A stretch of 64,000 bases of DNA from Tepidamorphaceae bacterium (lineage in GTDB: Bacteria; Pseudomonadota; Alphaproteobacteria; Rhizobiales; Tepidamorphaceae): contig JANQNT010000011.1 in the NCBI GenBank assembly GCA_028279445.1, positions 1,826 through 65,825 on the forward strand, in the 5' to 3' direction. The notes beneath the pieces were generated by a model. The model ran no database searches. It had not been told where the DNA came from and saw nothing but the letters and a program-made list of their open reading frames with translations. A program made the position numbers and the translations under genes. Positions 37,130-47,269 of the stretch are shown here, in pieces. Numbering within the stretch: position 1 is the first letter of the stretch; each line of letters opens with the position of its first letter.

Positions 37130-38320
37130 TGGAGTGAATTACCGCCTCTGGAACGTCTACAGCGAGCCCAGAAAACCCGGTGCTGCGGGAACAAAGTACG
37201 TCCGCTACGTTGGGAAATCATATAGGGCACCAGCGCAGCATATCAGACGTTGATTGCGTAGGAGAGAGATATACAGAAAACGGATGTATGAACAAATTGT
37301 ACAAGAACTGGTCGAACCGGGCACAGTGCGGCGTTTCCTCGGCGAGCGGACGCGCTGCCGCTATTGCGGAGCTTCGGGTCCAGGTGTTTTTGGCAAGCGA
37401 AGCAACGCCCATACGCTTCCGGCTGCGCTCGGAAATAGGACACTGTTCTCACTTGATGAATGCAGGGCGTGCAATGACAAATTTTCTCTTTACGAAGACG
37501 CTTTGTGTAAGGCGGTCGGTCCATTCCTGACGCTTGGCGGCGTGCGTGGCCGCTCTGGAGTTCGCAAGACCGGAAAGACCGGGTCTACGTCGACGGTGCG
37601 CCACTCAGTGTTCGAAGGGAAGCGGCGGCTCAGTATCAGGTCTGAAGGCGATGCTGAGATGGTGGGTGTCGACCAATCGACGGGCATGCTCAACATAACA
37701 ATGCCAATAGAGGGCGACGTCTTTGTTCCTCGCTATGCATACAAGGCCCTGATGAAGATCGGCCTGTCGATGCTACCTACCGAGGAACTGCCCATGTTCC
37801 GAAAGGCGATCGCCAGCTTAGCAAATCTGGAAACCGAGCCGCATTGCGGGCCGATGCAGGTTGGATTTTCCTATGCCTTTGTGGACAATGCGCCACCTGC
37901 GTTGGCTGGAACACTACTTCGGCGAAGTGATGTTCGCGCGCATGTGCCCTATATGCTTTTTTTGTTGATGGCGGGATCGGTTTGCTTTCAGATCTGGCTT
38001 CGTTCTGACGATCAAGATGCCGACGTGCCGGAGGTCGGTCGGCTTGGCATTCGTTTCAATGCGCAGCTTCCAAAGCCGGAAGGTGGTCATCTTCCGATCA
38101 GTTATTGTGATCCGATCCAATTTGACTGGTCGGAATTGACGCCGAAATTGCAGCCTTTCAGGGCTTTTCAATTGACATTCGATCCGCAGACTACCGAGGG
38201 CAGCCTTACGCCGATACCCAGGGTATGATACGCGAGATTTGCCGCGTAGTAGCAGACATTTGAGCTTGTACGGCGAACGGCAGAGAAGTCCGCAAACCGC
38301 ACATTGCCCTAACCAACTCA
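37130..38320. other. Low-GC genomic islet 3
   Basis: 25 of 60 G+C in 37261-37320. One gene. Flanked by the 136-nt palindrome and the 3' end of the oxoprolinase gene. Confidence 0.55.
37284..38228 (+). CDS. HNH (beta-beta-alpha-Me) finger protein with an uncharacterised C-terminal domain
   Basis: CRYCG-x12-NAHTLPAALGN-x9-CRACNDKF: two CxxC pairs around His and Asn. The other ~250 aa have no recognised motif. Start is ATG 37284 or TTG 37254. Confidence 0.55.
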   Translation: MYEQIVQELVEPGTVRRFLGERTRCRYCGASGPGVFGKRSNAHTLPAALGNRTLFSLDECRACNDKFSLYEDALCKAVGPFLTLGGVRGRSGVRKTGKTGSTSTVRHSVFEGKRRLSIRSEGDAEMVGVDQSTGMLNITMPIEGDVFVPRYAYKALMKIGLSMLPTEELPMFRKAIASLANLETEPHCGPMQVGFSYAFVDNAPPALAGTLLRRSDVRAHVPYMLFLLMAGSVCFQIWLRSDDQDADVPEVGRLGIRFNAQLPKPEGGHLPISYCDPIQFDWSELTPKLQPFRAFQLTFDPQTTEGSLTPIPRV

Positions 38321-41300
38321 CCCCCTGCCATAGCCCCCACCCGTCGGGGTCTCGACCGTCACGGCCTCACCTGCCTCAAGTTCCGTCTGGTCGCATCCCT
38401 CCAACTCGTCGATCGAGCCGTCCAGCCGGCGCACGTAGGTGCGGCCAGTCGCGCCCGGTCCGCCTCCGTCCAACCCATGCGGGGGAACGATCCGGTGCGA
38501 GCCGAGGATGGCGCAGTCCATCCTTTCCAGGAATCTCAGCGTGCGCCGCGTGCCGTCGCCGCCGTGCCATTGGCCCGTGCCGCCTGAGCCGGGACGGATC
38601 GAGAATTCCTCCAGCACGATGGGAAAGCGAAATTCCAGCACCTCCGGGTCGGTCATGCGGGTGTTGGTCATGTGGGTGTGCACCGCATCCGCCCCGTTGA
38701 AGCCGGGGCCGGCCGGCGCGCCGGAGCAGATCGTCTCGTAGTTCTGGTAGGTGGCGTTGCCGTAGGTGAGGTTGTTCATCGAGCCTTGCGCGGCGGCCAT
38801 GGCACCGAGTGCGCCGAGCAGGCAGTTGGTGACGTGCTGGCTGGTCTCGGTGTTGCCGGCGACCACGGCCGCCGGATAGCTTGGTGAGAGCATCGAGCCC
38901 TTTGGGATGACGATGTCGATGGGCTTGAGGCAGCCGGCATTCATCGGGATGTCGGTGTCGACCATCAGGCGGAAGCAATAGAGCACCGCGGCGCGGGTCA
39001 CCGGTTCGGGCGCGTTGAAGTTGGTGCCCTGCTGGGGCGAGGTGCCGGTGAAATCCACCGTTGCCTGACGCGCGGCCTTGTCGACGGAGATCCTGACCTT
39101 GATCACCGCGCCCTGGTCGGTGGGGTAGGTGAATGTGCCGTCCTTCAGCGCGTCGAGCACCCGGCGCACGCTTTCCTCGGCATTGTCCTGCACGTGGCGC
39201 ATATAGGCCTGCACCACGTCGAGGCCGAACTGCGCGATCATCTTGCGGACTTCGTGAACGCCTTTCTCGTTGGCGGCCACCTGGGCGCGCAGGTCGGCGA
39301 CGTTCTGGTGCGGGTTGCGGGCGGGCCAGGGATGGTCGGTGAGGAGGTCGATCAGCGCGTCCTCTCGGAAACCGGTCTCGTCGACCAGCTTGAAGTTGTC
39401 GATCAGCACGCCTTCCTCATCGACGCTGGTGGCGCGCGGCGTGGCGGAGCCCGGTGCCATGCCGCCGACATCGGCGTGGTGGCCGCGCGAGGCGACGTAG
39501 AAGAGGATACGCGGCTGTTTTTCGCCCTTTGAGGCTGCGTCTTCAACACCCTCGTCCTTCGAGGCTCGATCCCCGACACCCTCATCCTGAGGTGCCCGCG
39601 TAGCGGGCCTCGAAGGGGTAGGATGTCGGGGGTCTCGCACCTCAGGATGAGGGTGTGGAACCATTTCGCCTGACCCCCCCGATTGCTCGAACACCGGCGT
39701 CACCACGGTGATGTCGGGCAGGTGCGTGCCGCCATTGTAGGGGGCGTTGAGCATGTAGACGTCGCCGGGCCTGATGGTGCCGGCGTTGAGCTTGATCACC
39801 GTCTCCACCGAGCGGTCCATGGAGCCCAGATGCACCGGCATGTGCGGTGCATTGGCCACAAGCGCGCCGGTTGAATCGAAGATGGCGCAGGAGAAATCCA
39901 GCCGCTCCTTGATGTTGACGGAATAGGCGGTGTTCTGCAGCGCGACGCCCATCTGCTCGGCGATCGACATGAAGAGGTTGTTGAACACCTCCAGCATCAC
40001 CGGATCGGCGTCGGTGCCGATGGCGGCTTCGTTCTCGCGCGCCATGACTCGGCGGATGACCAGGTGGTCCTTGGCCGTGACCTCGGCGCGCCAGCCGTCC
40101 TCGATGACCACCGTCTGGTGGTCCTCCACCAGGATCGCCGGGCCGTCCATGACCTGACCCGGCGACACCTCGGCGCGCTTGTAGATGTCTCCGTCGCGCC
40201 AGGCGCCATCGGAGAAGAAACGCGCCGGGCCGGCCGGCGAGGCGGGTGTGTCCGACAGGGGCTGGTCGGTCTCGTCGCGGCCGGTAACCGTGCCGTCCCA
40301 GCCCTGCAACTCGATGGACTCGACCGTGATGGCGCGTTCCGGCGTGACGAAACCGAACTGGGTGCGATGGGCCTCCTCGAAGCGGGTGAGGGCTGCGGCC
40401 ATGTCGCCGTCGGCGAAGGCGACGGGGATCGTCGTGTCGGTGCCGTCGTAGCGAAGGTGCAGGGTCGGGGCGTGGCACATCCGGTCATCCTCGACGCCCT
40501 GGGCGCGCAGTTCGGCGAAGACCTGCTCGCTCAGTTCGGCGATCAGCGCGTCGATGTCGGGTCGCGACTCTTGGGCGAACGGCTTGACCAGCGCCTTGGT
40601 GCGCGAGGCGTAGATCGAGGCCAGTCCGATGCCATAGGCCGACAGCAGGCCGGAGAAGGGGTGGATGTGGATGACCTCCATGCCCAGCCGGTCGGCGATG
40701 GCGCAGGCGTGCTGGCCGCCCGCCCCGCCGAAGGAGGCAAGCGCGTAGCCGGTGATGTCATAGCCGCGCTGGACGGAGATCTTCTTGATCGCATTGGCCA
40801 TGTTCTCCACGGCGATCTTGAGGAAGCCGTCGGCGACCTGTTCGGGCATCCGCCCGTCGCCGATCTCGGCGGCGAGCGCGGCGAACCTCTCGCGCACGAC
40901 CCCGGCATCGAGCGGTTCGTCCTGGCCGGCGCCGAAGATCGCCGGGAACAGATCGGGCCTCAGCTTGCCGACCATGACATTGGCGTCGGTGACCGCCAGC
41001 GGCCCGCCGCGGCGGTAGCAGGCGGGGCCGGGATCGGCGCCGGCGCTTTCGGGGCCGACCTGATAGCGGCCGTCCTCATACTTGAGGATCGAGCCGCCGC
41101 CGGCCGCCACCGTATGGATGCGCATCATCGGCGCGCGCACGCGCACGCCGGCGACCTTGGTATCGAAGGCGCGCTCGTAGTCGCCGGCATAGTGCGCCAC
41201 ATCGGTCGAAGTGCCGCCCATGTCGAAACCGATGATCCTGTCGAAGCCGGCCATGCCGGCGGTCTCGACAGCGCCGACCACGCCGCCGGCGGGGCCTGAA

Positions 41301-42082
41301 AGAATGGCGTCCTTGCCCTGGAACTGTTCGGCCGCCGTCAGTCCGCCCGACGACATCATGAACTGCAGGCGGGGACCGTCGTCGCCATCGGTGATCCCGA
41401 GTTCGCCGGCGACCTGCTCCACGTAGCGGTGCAGGATCGGCGACAGATAGGCATCGACCACGGTGGTGTCGCCGCGCCCGACGAGCTTCATCAGCGGGCT
41501 GACCTCGTGGCTGGCGGAGACCTGGGTGAAGCCGATCCGGCGGGCCAGATCGGCAACCGCGCGCTCGTGATCGGCGAAGCCGTAGGCATGCATGAAGACG
41601 ATCGCCACGCAGCGGATGCCGGCGTCATGGGCACCGCGCAGAGCCGCCTCGGCCGCGGCCAGATCGAGCGGCGTCTCGATGGTGCCGTCGGCCAGCACCC
41701 GCTCGGCGATCTCGTACACCTGCTCGAACAGCATGTCCGGCTTGATGATCTCGCGGGCGAAGATGTCGGGGCGCGCCTGATAGCCGATCCGCAAGGCATC
41801 GCCGAAGCCGCGCGTGGTGATCAGCACGGTGCGGTCGCCCTTGCGTTCCAGCAGCGCGTTGGTGGCCACCGTGGTGCCCATGCGCACGGTTCCCACCTCA
41901 CCGGGCGGAATTGCTGCGCCGTACCCAAGTCCCAGCAGGTCGCGGATGCCCTGGACTGCGGCGTCGCGATAGCTTCCCGGGTTCTCGGAGAGCAGCTTGT
42001 GGGTATGCAATGCGCCATCGGGCGCGCGGCCGATCACGTCGGTAAAGGTGCCACCCCGATCAATCCAGAAATCCCAGGCCAC
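38318..42082 (-). CDS. Fused hydantoinase/oxoprolinase (HyuA-HyuB, 5-oxoprolinase-like)
   Basis: 1254 aa, GTG start. [27 protein letters not shown] (A part), [32 protein letters not shown] (B part). Confidence 0.92.
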   Translation of the reverse strand: MAWDFWIDRGGTFTDVIGRAPDGALHTHKLLSENPGSYRDAAVQGIRDLLGLGYGAAIPPGEVGTVRMGTTVATNALLERKGDRTVLITTRGFGDALRIGYQARPDIFAREIIKPDMLFEQVYEIAERVLADGTIETPLDLAAAEAALRGAHDAGIRCVAIVFMHAYGFADHERAVADLARRIGFTQVSASHEVSPLMKLVGRGDTTVVDAYLSPILHRYVEQVAGELGITDGDDGPRLQFMMSSGGLTAAEQFQGKDAILSGPAGGVVGAVETAGMAGFDRIIGFDMGGTSTDVAHYAGDYERAFDTKVAGVRVRAPMMRIHTVAAGGGSILKYEDGRYQVGPESAGADPGPACYRRGGPLAVTDANVMVGKLRPDLFPAIFGAGQDEPLDAGVVRERFAALAAEIGDGRMPEQVADGFLKIAVENMANAIKKISVQRGYDITGYALASFGGAGGQHACAIADRLGMEVIHIHPFSGLLSAYGIGLASIYASRTKALVKPFAQESRPDIDALIAELSEQVFAELRAQGVEDDRMCHAPTLHLRYDGTDTTIPVAFADGDMAAALTRFEEAHRTQFGFVTPERAITVESIELQGWDGTVTGRDETDQPLSDTPASPAGPARFFSDGAWRDGDIYKRAEVSPGQVMDGPAILVEDHQTVVIEDGWRAEVTAKDHLVIRRVMARENEAAIGTDADPVMLEVFNNLFMSIAEQMGVALQNTAYSVNIKERLDFSCAIFDSTGALVANAPHMPVHLGSMDRSVETVIKLNAGTIRPGDVYMLNAPYNGGTHLPDITVVTPVFEQSGGSGEMVPHPHPEVRDPRHPTPSRPATRAPQDEGVGDRASKDEGVEDAASKGEKQPRILFYVASRGHHADVGGMAPGSATPRATSVDEEGVLIDNFKLVDETGFREDALIDLLTDHPWPARNPHQNVADLRAQVAANEKGVHEVRKMIAQFGLDVVQAYMRHVQDNAEESVRRVLDALKDGTFTYPTDQGAVIKVRISVDKAARQATVDFTGTSPQQGTNFNAPEPVTRAAVLYCFRLMVDTDIPMNAGCLKPIDIVIPKGSMLSPSYPAAVVAGNTETSQHVTNCLLGALGAMAAAQGSMNNLTYGNATYQNYETICSGAPAGPGFNGADAVHTHMTNTRMTDPEVLEFRFPIVLEEFSIRPGSGGTGQWHGGDGTRRTLRFLERMDCAILGSHRIVPPHGLDGGGPGATGRTYVRRLDGSIDELEGCDQTELEAGEAVTVETPTGGGYGRG
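39526..39656. repeat. Palindromic/direct repeat complex embedded in frame in the oxoprolinase gene
   Basis: Perfect 20-bp inverted pair acaccctcatcctgaggtgc (39576-95) / gcacctcaggatgagggtgt (39637-56). ccttcgaggc (39556) / gcctcgaagg (39607). About 30-bp direct units at 39528 and 39558. Inner cccgc-gta-gcggg. Confidence 0.8.
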
Positions 42083-42385
42083 GCGTATCCGCCCCCGATC
42101 TTAACGCTTCGTTCACCATGTTCCGCCTAGCTCTGTCCTGATCGGAGCGTCAATAGCGCAGTTGGCGAACAGTGGGTTGTGCCCGGCGCCATTGTGTCGC
42201 TGGCTGGCCCAAAGGCTAGGTGCTCTGCGCTCCGGCCAGGTTTTTTGAACGTTCCGTGTCCTGGACGTCTCGCAGCCGTTTGCCGGCCCCGCGTCGCGCT
42301 CTGAGACACGCAAGGACGCAGCGCTCAGTCAGAAAACCGCATTGCACTCGTCAAGCGTGAATTCGTGAAGAGGATGACTGAACCT

Positions 42386-43102
42386 ATGAACGCCCCCACC
42401 AAGACCGTTCTTGCCGCCTGCGCACTTGCATTGTCGGTGCTGGCGGTGTCGCCGGCCATGGCGGCTGATCCGCCGCCTCCGCTGCCTGCCAAATACGACA
42501 GGCTGGCGGATGGCTACCCGTCCTTCTACATGGCAGCTCGCGTCGGCGCGGGCTGGAACGACGACACGGAATTCAACATTCCGCTGCTGGTGACCAACGA
42601 ATACAACGCCGGCCTCAACGTCAGCGTGGCCATCGGCCGCGGGTTCGATCTCGACAGCGTCGGCATGCGCGCGGAGCTGGAAGTCGGCTACCTGACCAGC
42701 GATATCGACACGCACACCGTCGCGACGCTGGGAACGTTCACCGGAGGTGCAGCCTTCGGTGACACCAGCGCGTTGTATGGCCTGGCCAACGCCTATTTCG
42801 ACTTCGACAACTGGGGCGGTGCGATCATGCCTTATATCTCGGCTGGTCTGGGCGTCGCCGATGTGGACTTCGACGGACATGGCGTGACACCGGCCGGCGT
42901 CGTCATGAACGACAACGCGACTGGCTTCGCCTGGCAGGTGGGAACGGGCTTTTCCTACGACGTCAACGACAGTCTCGCGCTGGAAGTCGGCTACCGGTAC
43001 TTCAATGTGGAGAGTATCGGGCTGACATCGGTTGGCGGTGTCGATTCCGACATCGACCTGCGCGCGCATCAGGTCAATGCAGGCCTGCGCTACCGCTTCT
43101 AG
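42386..43102 (+). CDS. Outer-membrane beta-barrel protein (Omp25/Omp31-like porin family)
   Basis: Signal MNAPTKTVLAACALALSVLAVSPAMA. Alternating beta-strand pattern. C-terminal NAGLRYRF. Earlier in-frame starts at 42365 and 42374 are possible. Confidence 0.8.
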   Translation: MNAPTKTVLAACALALSVLAVSPAMAADPPPPLPAKYDRLADGYPSFYMAARVGAGWNDDTEFNIPLLVTNEYNAGLNVSVAIGRGFDLDSVGMRAELEVGYLTSDIDTHTVATLGTFTGGAAFGDTSALYGLANAYFDFDNWGGAIMPYISAGLGVADVDFDGHGVTPAGVVMNDNATGFAWQVGTGFSYDVNDSLALEVGYRYFNVESIGLTSVGGVDSDIDLRAHQVNAGLRYRF

Positions 43103-43123
43103 AATCGTGAGTCGTGCCTCAAA

Positions 43124-43153
43124 GGCGGCGGGTTCAACGGCCCGCCGCTTTTC
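43124..43153 (+). terminator. Rho-independent terminator
   Basis: ggcggcggg-ttcaacgg-cccgccgc followed by ttttccctt. Confidence 0.75.
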
Positions 43154-43246
43154 CCTTGCCGGTGGGCCGGTGCCAGACGGCATGGCGAAACACACACGCG
43201 GATCACTGTAACCTTACGCTTCGGTAACTGGTCTGTCCCGGTTCAG

Positions 43247-43990
43247 GTGGCTAAGGTCGCGCACATGACCTATTCGCAGATGGTATCGCACGGCGATTCG
43301 CCGTCCAAAGGACCGCTGCCCGGCGGGGCCGGCGGCCTTGCGGAGGTGTTGCGCGCGCTGCTGCGTCGGGTCGGCGCCGTGTTCGGCATCGGACCGGGCG
43401 CGCGCGCCCAGCGCTTCTCGGCCGCACTTGTCGCTCTTGCGGCAAAGATGGCGAAAGCCGATGGCGTTGCCACCCAAGGCGAGTTCGAGGCGTTCTGCGA
43501 GGTGTTCACGTTCGACGCCGGTCAGCAGCGCCGGGTGCGTGCGCTGTACGATCTGGCGAAGCGCGATTCGGCGGGCTTCGATGCCTACGCGCGCAGGATC
43601 GCGCGGGACTTCGAGGATGACTGCGCGCTTCTCGAAGACGTGCTGGACGGGCTGTTCCATGTCGCCAAGGCCGACGGCGCCATCCACGATCACGAACGCG
43701 TCCAGCTTGAGATCATCGCGGAGATCTTCGGTTTCTCGACGCGTGCCTTCGAGGGTCTGATGGCGCGGCATGCCGATGGCGGCGCCAGCGACCCCTACCG
43801 TGTGCTCGGCGTGGCGCGCGATATCGATGACGGCGCGCTGAAGGCCCACTACCGCCGGCTGGTGGCGGAGAACCATCCCGACCGGTTGATCGCGCGCGGC
43901 CTGCCGGAACAGATGATCCGCATCGCCAACGAACGCCTGGCGGCGATCAACGCGGCCTATGGCCAGATCGCGCAAGCGCGCGGACTTTAG
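43247..43990 (+). CDS. djlA: DjlA-like co-chaperone (TerB-like domain plus C-terminal J domain)
   Basis: LAAKMAKADGVATQGE / HVAKADGAIHDHE TerB-type repeats. J domain DPYRVLGVARDIDDGALKAHYRRLVAENHPDR. Confidence 0.7.
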   Translation: MAKVAHMTYSQMVSHGDSPSKGPLPGGAGGLAEVLRALLRRVGAVFGIGPGARAQRFSAALVALAAKMAKADGVATQGEFEAFCEVFTFDAGQQRRVRALYDLAKRDSAGFDAYARRIARDFEDDCALLEDVLDGLFHVAKADGAIHDHERVQLEIIAEIFGFSTRAFEGLMARHADGGASDPYRVLGVARDIDDGALKAHYRRLVAENHPDRLIARGLPEQMIRIANERLAAINAAYGQIAQARGL

Positions 43991-44008
43991 GCTGCAATCG
44001 ACCTCGCC

Positions 44009-44749
44009 ATGCCCGACTACACGGTGACCCCATCGCCCAATCACGGCGAGCGCCGCGATGCGCCGGTCGACATGCTGATCCTGCATTACACGGGCATGGA
44101 AAGCGCCGAAGCCGCGCATGCTTGGCTGTGCGACCCTGCCTCGCAGGTCTCGGCGCACTATTTCATCCATGAGGATGGCAGGATCGCGCAGCTTGTGGCC
44201 GAAGACCGCCGCGCCTGGCACGCGGGCGTGGCCTCCTGGCATGGCGAAAGCGACATCAACTCGCGCTCCATCGGCATCGAGATCGCCAATCCCGGCCATA
44301 TGCATGGCTATCCCGATTTTCCCGAGGCGCAGATGGTGGCCGTGGTGGCGCTGTGCGGGGATATCTGCACGCGGCTGGCGATCCCGGCCCGGCGGGTGCT
44401 GGCCCATTCCGACGTGGCGCCGGCACGCAAGGTCGATCCCGGCGAGAAATTCGACTGGGCACGGCTGGCCGCCAACGGGGTCGGGCACTGGGTCGAACCC
44501 GAGCCCATCGGTGGTGGCCGTTTCCTGCAGCGTGGCGACACCGGCCAGCCGGTGGAAGCGCTGCAGGCCATGCTTGCCAGCCACGGATACGGGATCGACG
44601 TCAACGGCGCCTTCGACCTGGCCACGGAGCAGGTGGTTGCCGCCTTTCAGCGCCACTTTCGCCCCGCGCGCGTCGATGGCGTTGCCGACGAATCGACCAT
44701 CAAGACACTGCACGCCGTGTTGCAGGAGACCGCCGCGCCGGCGCCCTGA
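44009..44749 (+). CDS. N-acetylmuramoyl-L-alanine amidase (AmpD-like) with peptidoglycan-binding domain
   Basis: LILHYTGM, SAHYFIHEDG, RAWHAG, NSRSIGIEI, HSDVAP-RKVDPG. C-terminal GDTGQPVEALQAMLASHGY PG_binding-like. Confidence 0.88.
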   Translation: MPDYTVTPSPNHGERRDAPVDMLILHYTGMESAEAAHAWLCDPASQVSAHYFIHEDGRIAQLVAEDRRAWHAGVASWHGESDINSRSIGIEIANPGHMHGYPDFPEAQMVAVVALCGDICTRLAIPARRVLAHSDVAPARKVDPGEKFDWARLAANGVGHWVEPEPIGGGRFLQRGDTGQPVEALQAMLASHGYGIDVNGAFDLATEQVVAAFQRHFRPARVDGVADESTIKTLHAVLQETAAPAP

Positions 44750-44998
44750 CATTTGTCAACGCGGCCCCGGCATACATAATCAGTGGCATGCAACAGGCGA
44801 TTCTCAACGCCATTACTTCGGATTAGCTGTGGTCTGCGCACGCTGCGTCATTGAATCCGGTACCGGCTGCCGTGTAGTCTCCATGCGGGGTCTTCAACGG
44901 GGCGGTTGTGTATGGTCTGGCCTCAATCCGGACCGGGGCGGCACATGATGGGCCGGTCCTCGCATCGATTTCTCGCCGTTCGCAAACGCGTGCTCGAT

Positions 44999-46396
44999 AT
45001 GGGTTATCGCAGCATCGCGATTGAGAACGTGTGCTCGGTGATCATTTTTCAGTCGCCACGGGTCACCACGTTCAAGCTGGTCGTGATGGCGCTGGCGCTG
45101 TTCGCCGGCGCGGCGATTGCCGGTTTCTACAATCCGGAAGGCCCCTCGATCGCGTTCGGGGCGCTGATCGGGTTCCTGGTTGGGCTGGTCCCGTTCCTGC
45201 CCAAGCCGCCAACCAACCTGATGATCACCGGCAACGACGGCACGTCGACACTGTTTCCGTGCCCCGACATCACCTTTTTGCGTCGGGTGAAGGGTTTTAT
45301 CGATGCGCGGCTCAATCAGGGCGATAGCGGCTTGACCGGCCGTTTCGATTTCGAGGCTTGCCGCTACGGGGCGCTGCAGGAGCAGGACGCCTATGCCGGG
45401 TTCGGTATCTCGGAGCCCTTGGGCGAGGAGGCGAGGCCGGCGGTCGAGGCGGCGGTGCTGCCGGAGTCCGACACCGCGCCGGAACTGCCCCCCGAGCCGG
45501 AACTGCCCCCCGAGCCGGAACTTCCACCTGAGCCAGAGCTTCTAACTGAACTGGAGTTGTCTCCAGAGCCGGAGTTGCTTCCGGAACCGGAACTGTCTGC
45601 AATGCCGGAGCCGGAGCCGGAGCCGGAGCCAGAACCAGAACCAGAGTTAGATCTTGACGCCTATCCGGCGCTGGAAATCGCTGAACCCGACGAGGATGGT
45701 GACGTCGCCTACGAAGACGAGGACGGCAGCAGACTGCCGCCGCTCGACGTCGAGGTGCTGCGGCAGGAGGTTGCGATCGGAACGCTGGAGCCTGCCGATA
45801 TCGCCATCGAGACGGTTGTCGAGGCGCCGGAGCCGTACGGGGAGGGGGATTTCGTCGATAGCCGCGAGGAAGAGCACGTCGATGCGGAGGAACTCGCCAG
45901 GCAGGAGCACGCAGCCGAAAGCTTCGCCAGCATCGACCTCACCGCCGAAGACCTGGCTGCCGACGACGTGACGCTGGACAGTCACCGCGACACGCCCCCG
46001 CTGGCGGAAGACGAGCCGCCGCCGGCGTTGGTCGCGGCCCAGCGGTTCGGACCGCTGGCCGCGGAACTGTCCGATACGTTCGAGCGCCCCGCCGCGCCGA
46101 CATCCTCCGTCGGCAATGGGCAAGACGACCACAGCGAGCCGACCCTGCCGCCGATCGATTTCACCCATTACATGCCGCAGCTTGAGCATGTGCGCCGGTT
46201 CTACGACGAGACGCTGCAGGACGCCGATGCGGTCGATCAACTGGACACCATGATCGTGCTGATGGAAGAGGGCGCCCCGACCGCGCGCGGACGCGAGAAG
46301 ATCCGCGAGATCGCCATCCAGATGCAGTCGCAGCTCGACGCCTATCCCAGCATCTCGTCGGTGTTCGGGGGCATTGTCGGCCGCTTGAGCCGGTAG
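44999..46396 (+). CDS. Membrane-anchored acidic repeat protein (unknown function)
   Basis: ATG 44999 (earlier in-frame ATGs exist). Two TM stretches (LVVMALALFAGAAIAGF, AFGALIGFLVGLVPFL), then a PEPEL-x / PE repeat tract and a very acidic tail. Confidence 0.55.
   Translation: MGYRSIAIENVCSVIIFQSPRVTTFKLVVMALALFAGAAIAGFYNPEGPSIAFGALIGFLVGLVPFLPKPPTNLMITGNDGTSTLFPCPDITFLRRVKGFIDARLNQGDSGLTGRFDFEACRYGALQEQDAYAGFGISEPLGEEARPAVEAAVLPESDTAPELPPEPELPPEPELPPEPELLTELELSPEPELLPEPELSAMPEPEPEPEPEPEPELDLDAYPALEIAEPDEDGDVAYEDEDGSRLPPLDVEVLRQEVAIGTLEPADIAIETVVEAPEPYGEGDFVDSREEEHVDAEELARQEHAAESFASIDLTAEDLAADDVTLDSHRDTPPLAEDEPPPALVAAQRFGPLAAELSDTFERPAAPTSSVGNGQDDHSEPTLPPIDFTHYMPQLEHVRRFYDETLQDADAVDQLDTMIVLMEEGAPTARGREKIREIAIQMQSQLDAYPSISSVFGGIVGRLSR
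45479..45646 (+). repeat. In-frame 18-bp tandem repeats (7 units) followed by a 6-bp (ccggag/ccagaa) tract
   Basis: Units at 45479, 45497, 45515, 45533, 45551, 45569 and 45587. The first two are identical (ccggaactgccccccgag). Then ccggag x4 and ccagaa x2, ccagag. Confidence 0.9.
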
Positions 46397-46441
46397 GCGC
46401 CGTTCGGCGCGCCATTGTCGCCCAGCGCGCCCCGACGGTGA

Positions 46442-46840
<399 letters not shown>

Positions 46841-47131
46841 GGCAAGATAAGGCCGCGTCCGCGACGGCACAAGCACGGCGCTGCGTGGGCCGCGCACGGA
46901 CTCTCGACAGTCTCATGTCGCCGCGCTCCGGAGCGGCATTGCCCCATTGCGACAGAGTCAAAACCATGATACTCCATAAATACCCAAGGATTTCCATGGG
47001 ACGGCGCGGGAGCCAGCAGAAGGTTTCGTGCTCGATCACCCCGGATGCGGCGTCGGCCACGCGCGTCATCCAGGGCCTGGCGGACCGATCGAGCCCCCCG
47101 CGGCGCCGCAGTTGCCGGCCCCGCGCCTCCA

Positions 47132-47217
47132 GGCTGTATCGACGTTTAGGATTTGGAGCGTGGTATGCGCCAAATCCTGACTGTCGATACAGCCTAGTCC
47201 CTCAGGTCGATACGGCC
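47132..47217. promoter_or_regulatory. Hairpin plus GTCGATAC repeats in the mraZ upstream region
   Basis: ggctgtatcgac (47132) / gtcgatacagcc (47183), with inner aggatttgg (47148) / ccaaatcct (47170). A third direct copy gtcgatacggcc is at 47206. Confidence 0.4.
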
Positions 47218-47269
47218 TGGCCCTTGGCGCTTTCGTAGCTTGCGTATCCGGCGTCGGAGGTCATGGAGC

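Noticed and set aside
42092-42107. ttaacgcttcgttcac, resembling a CtrA box (TTAA-N7-TTAAC), near the oxoprolinase start.
   Set aside because: Only one half-site matches, and the position relative to the gene is implausible for a promoter.
27912-42172. The 10-mer tggcgaacag recurring in intergenic DNA (27912, 27930, 30434, 42163), as a possible regulatory motif.
   Set aside because: Two of the four copies are the tandem duplication itself. ggcgaacagt also occurs inside coding sequence (about 36563). I cannot compute enrichment by eye.
45479-45646. Whether the regular 18-bp repeats could be a CRISPR array.
   Set aside because: The units are contiguous with no spacers, degenerate progressively and lie in frame inside an ORF. 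There are no cas genes in the window.
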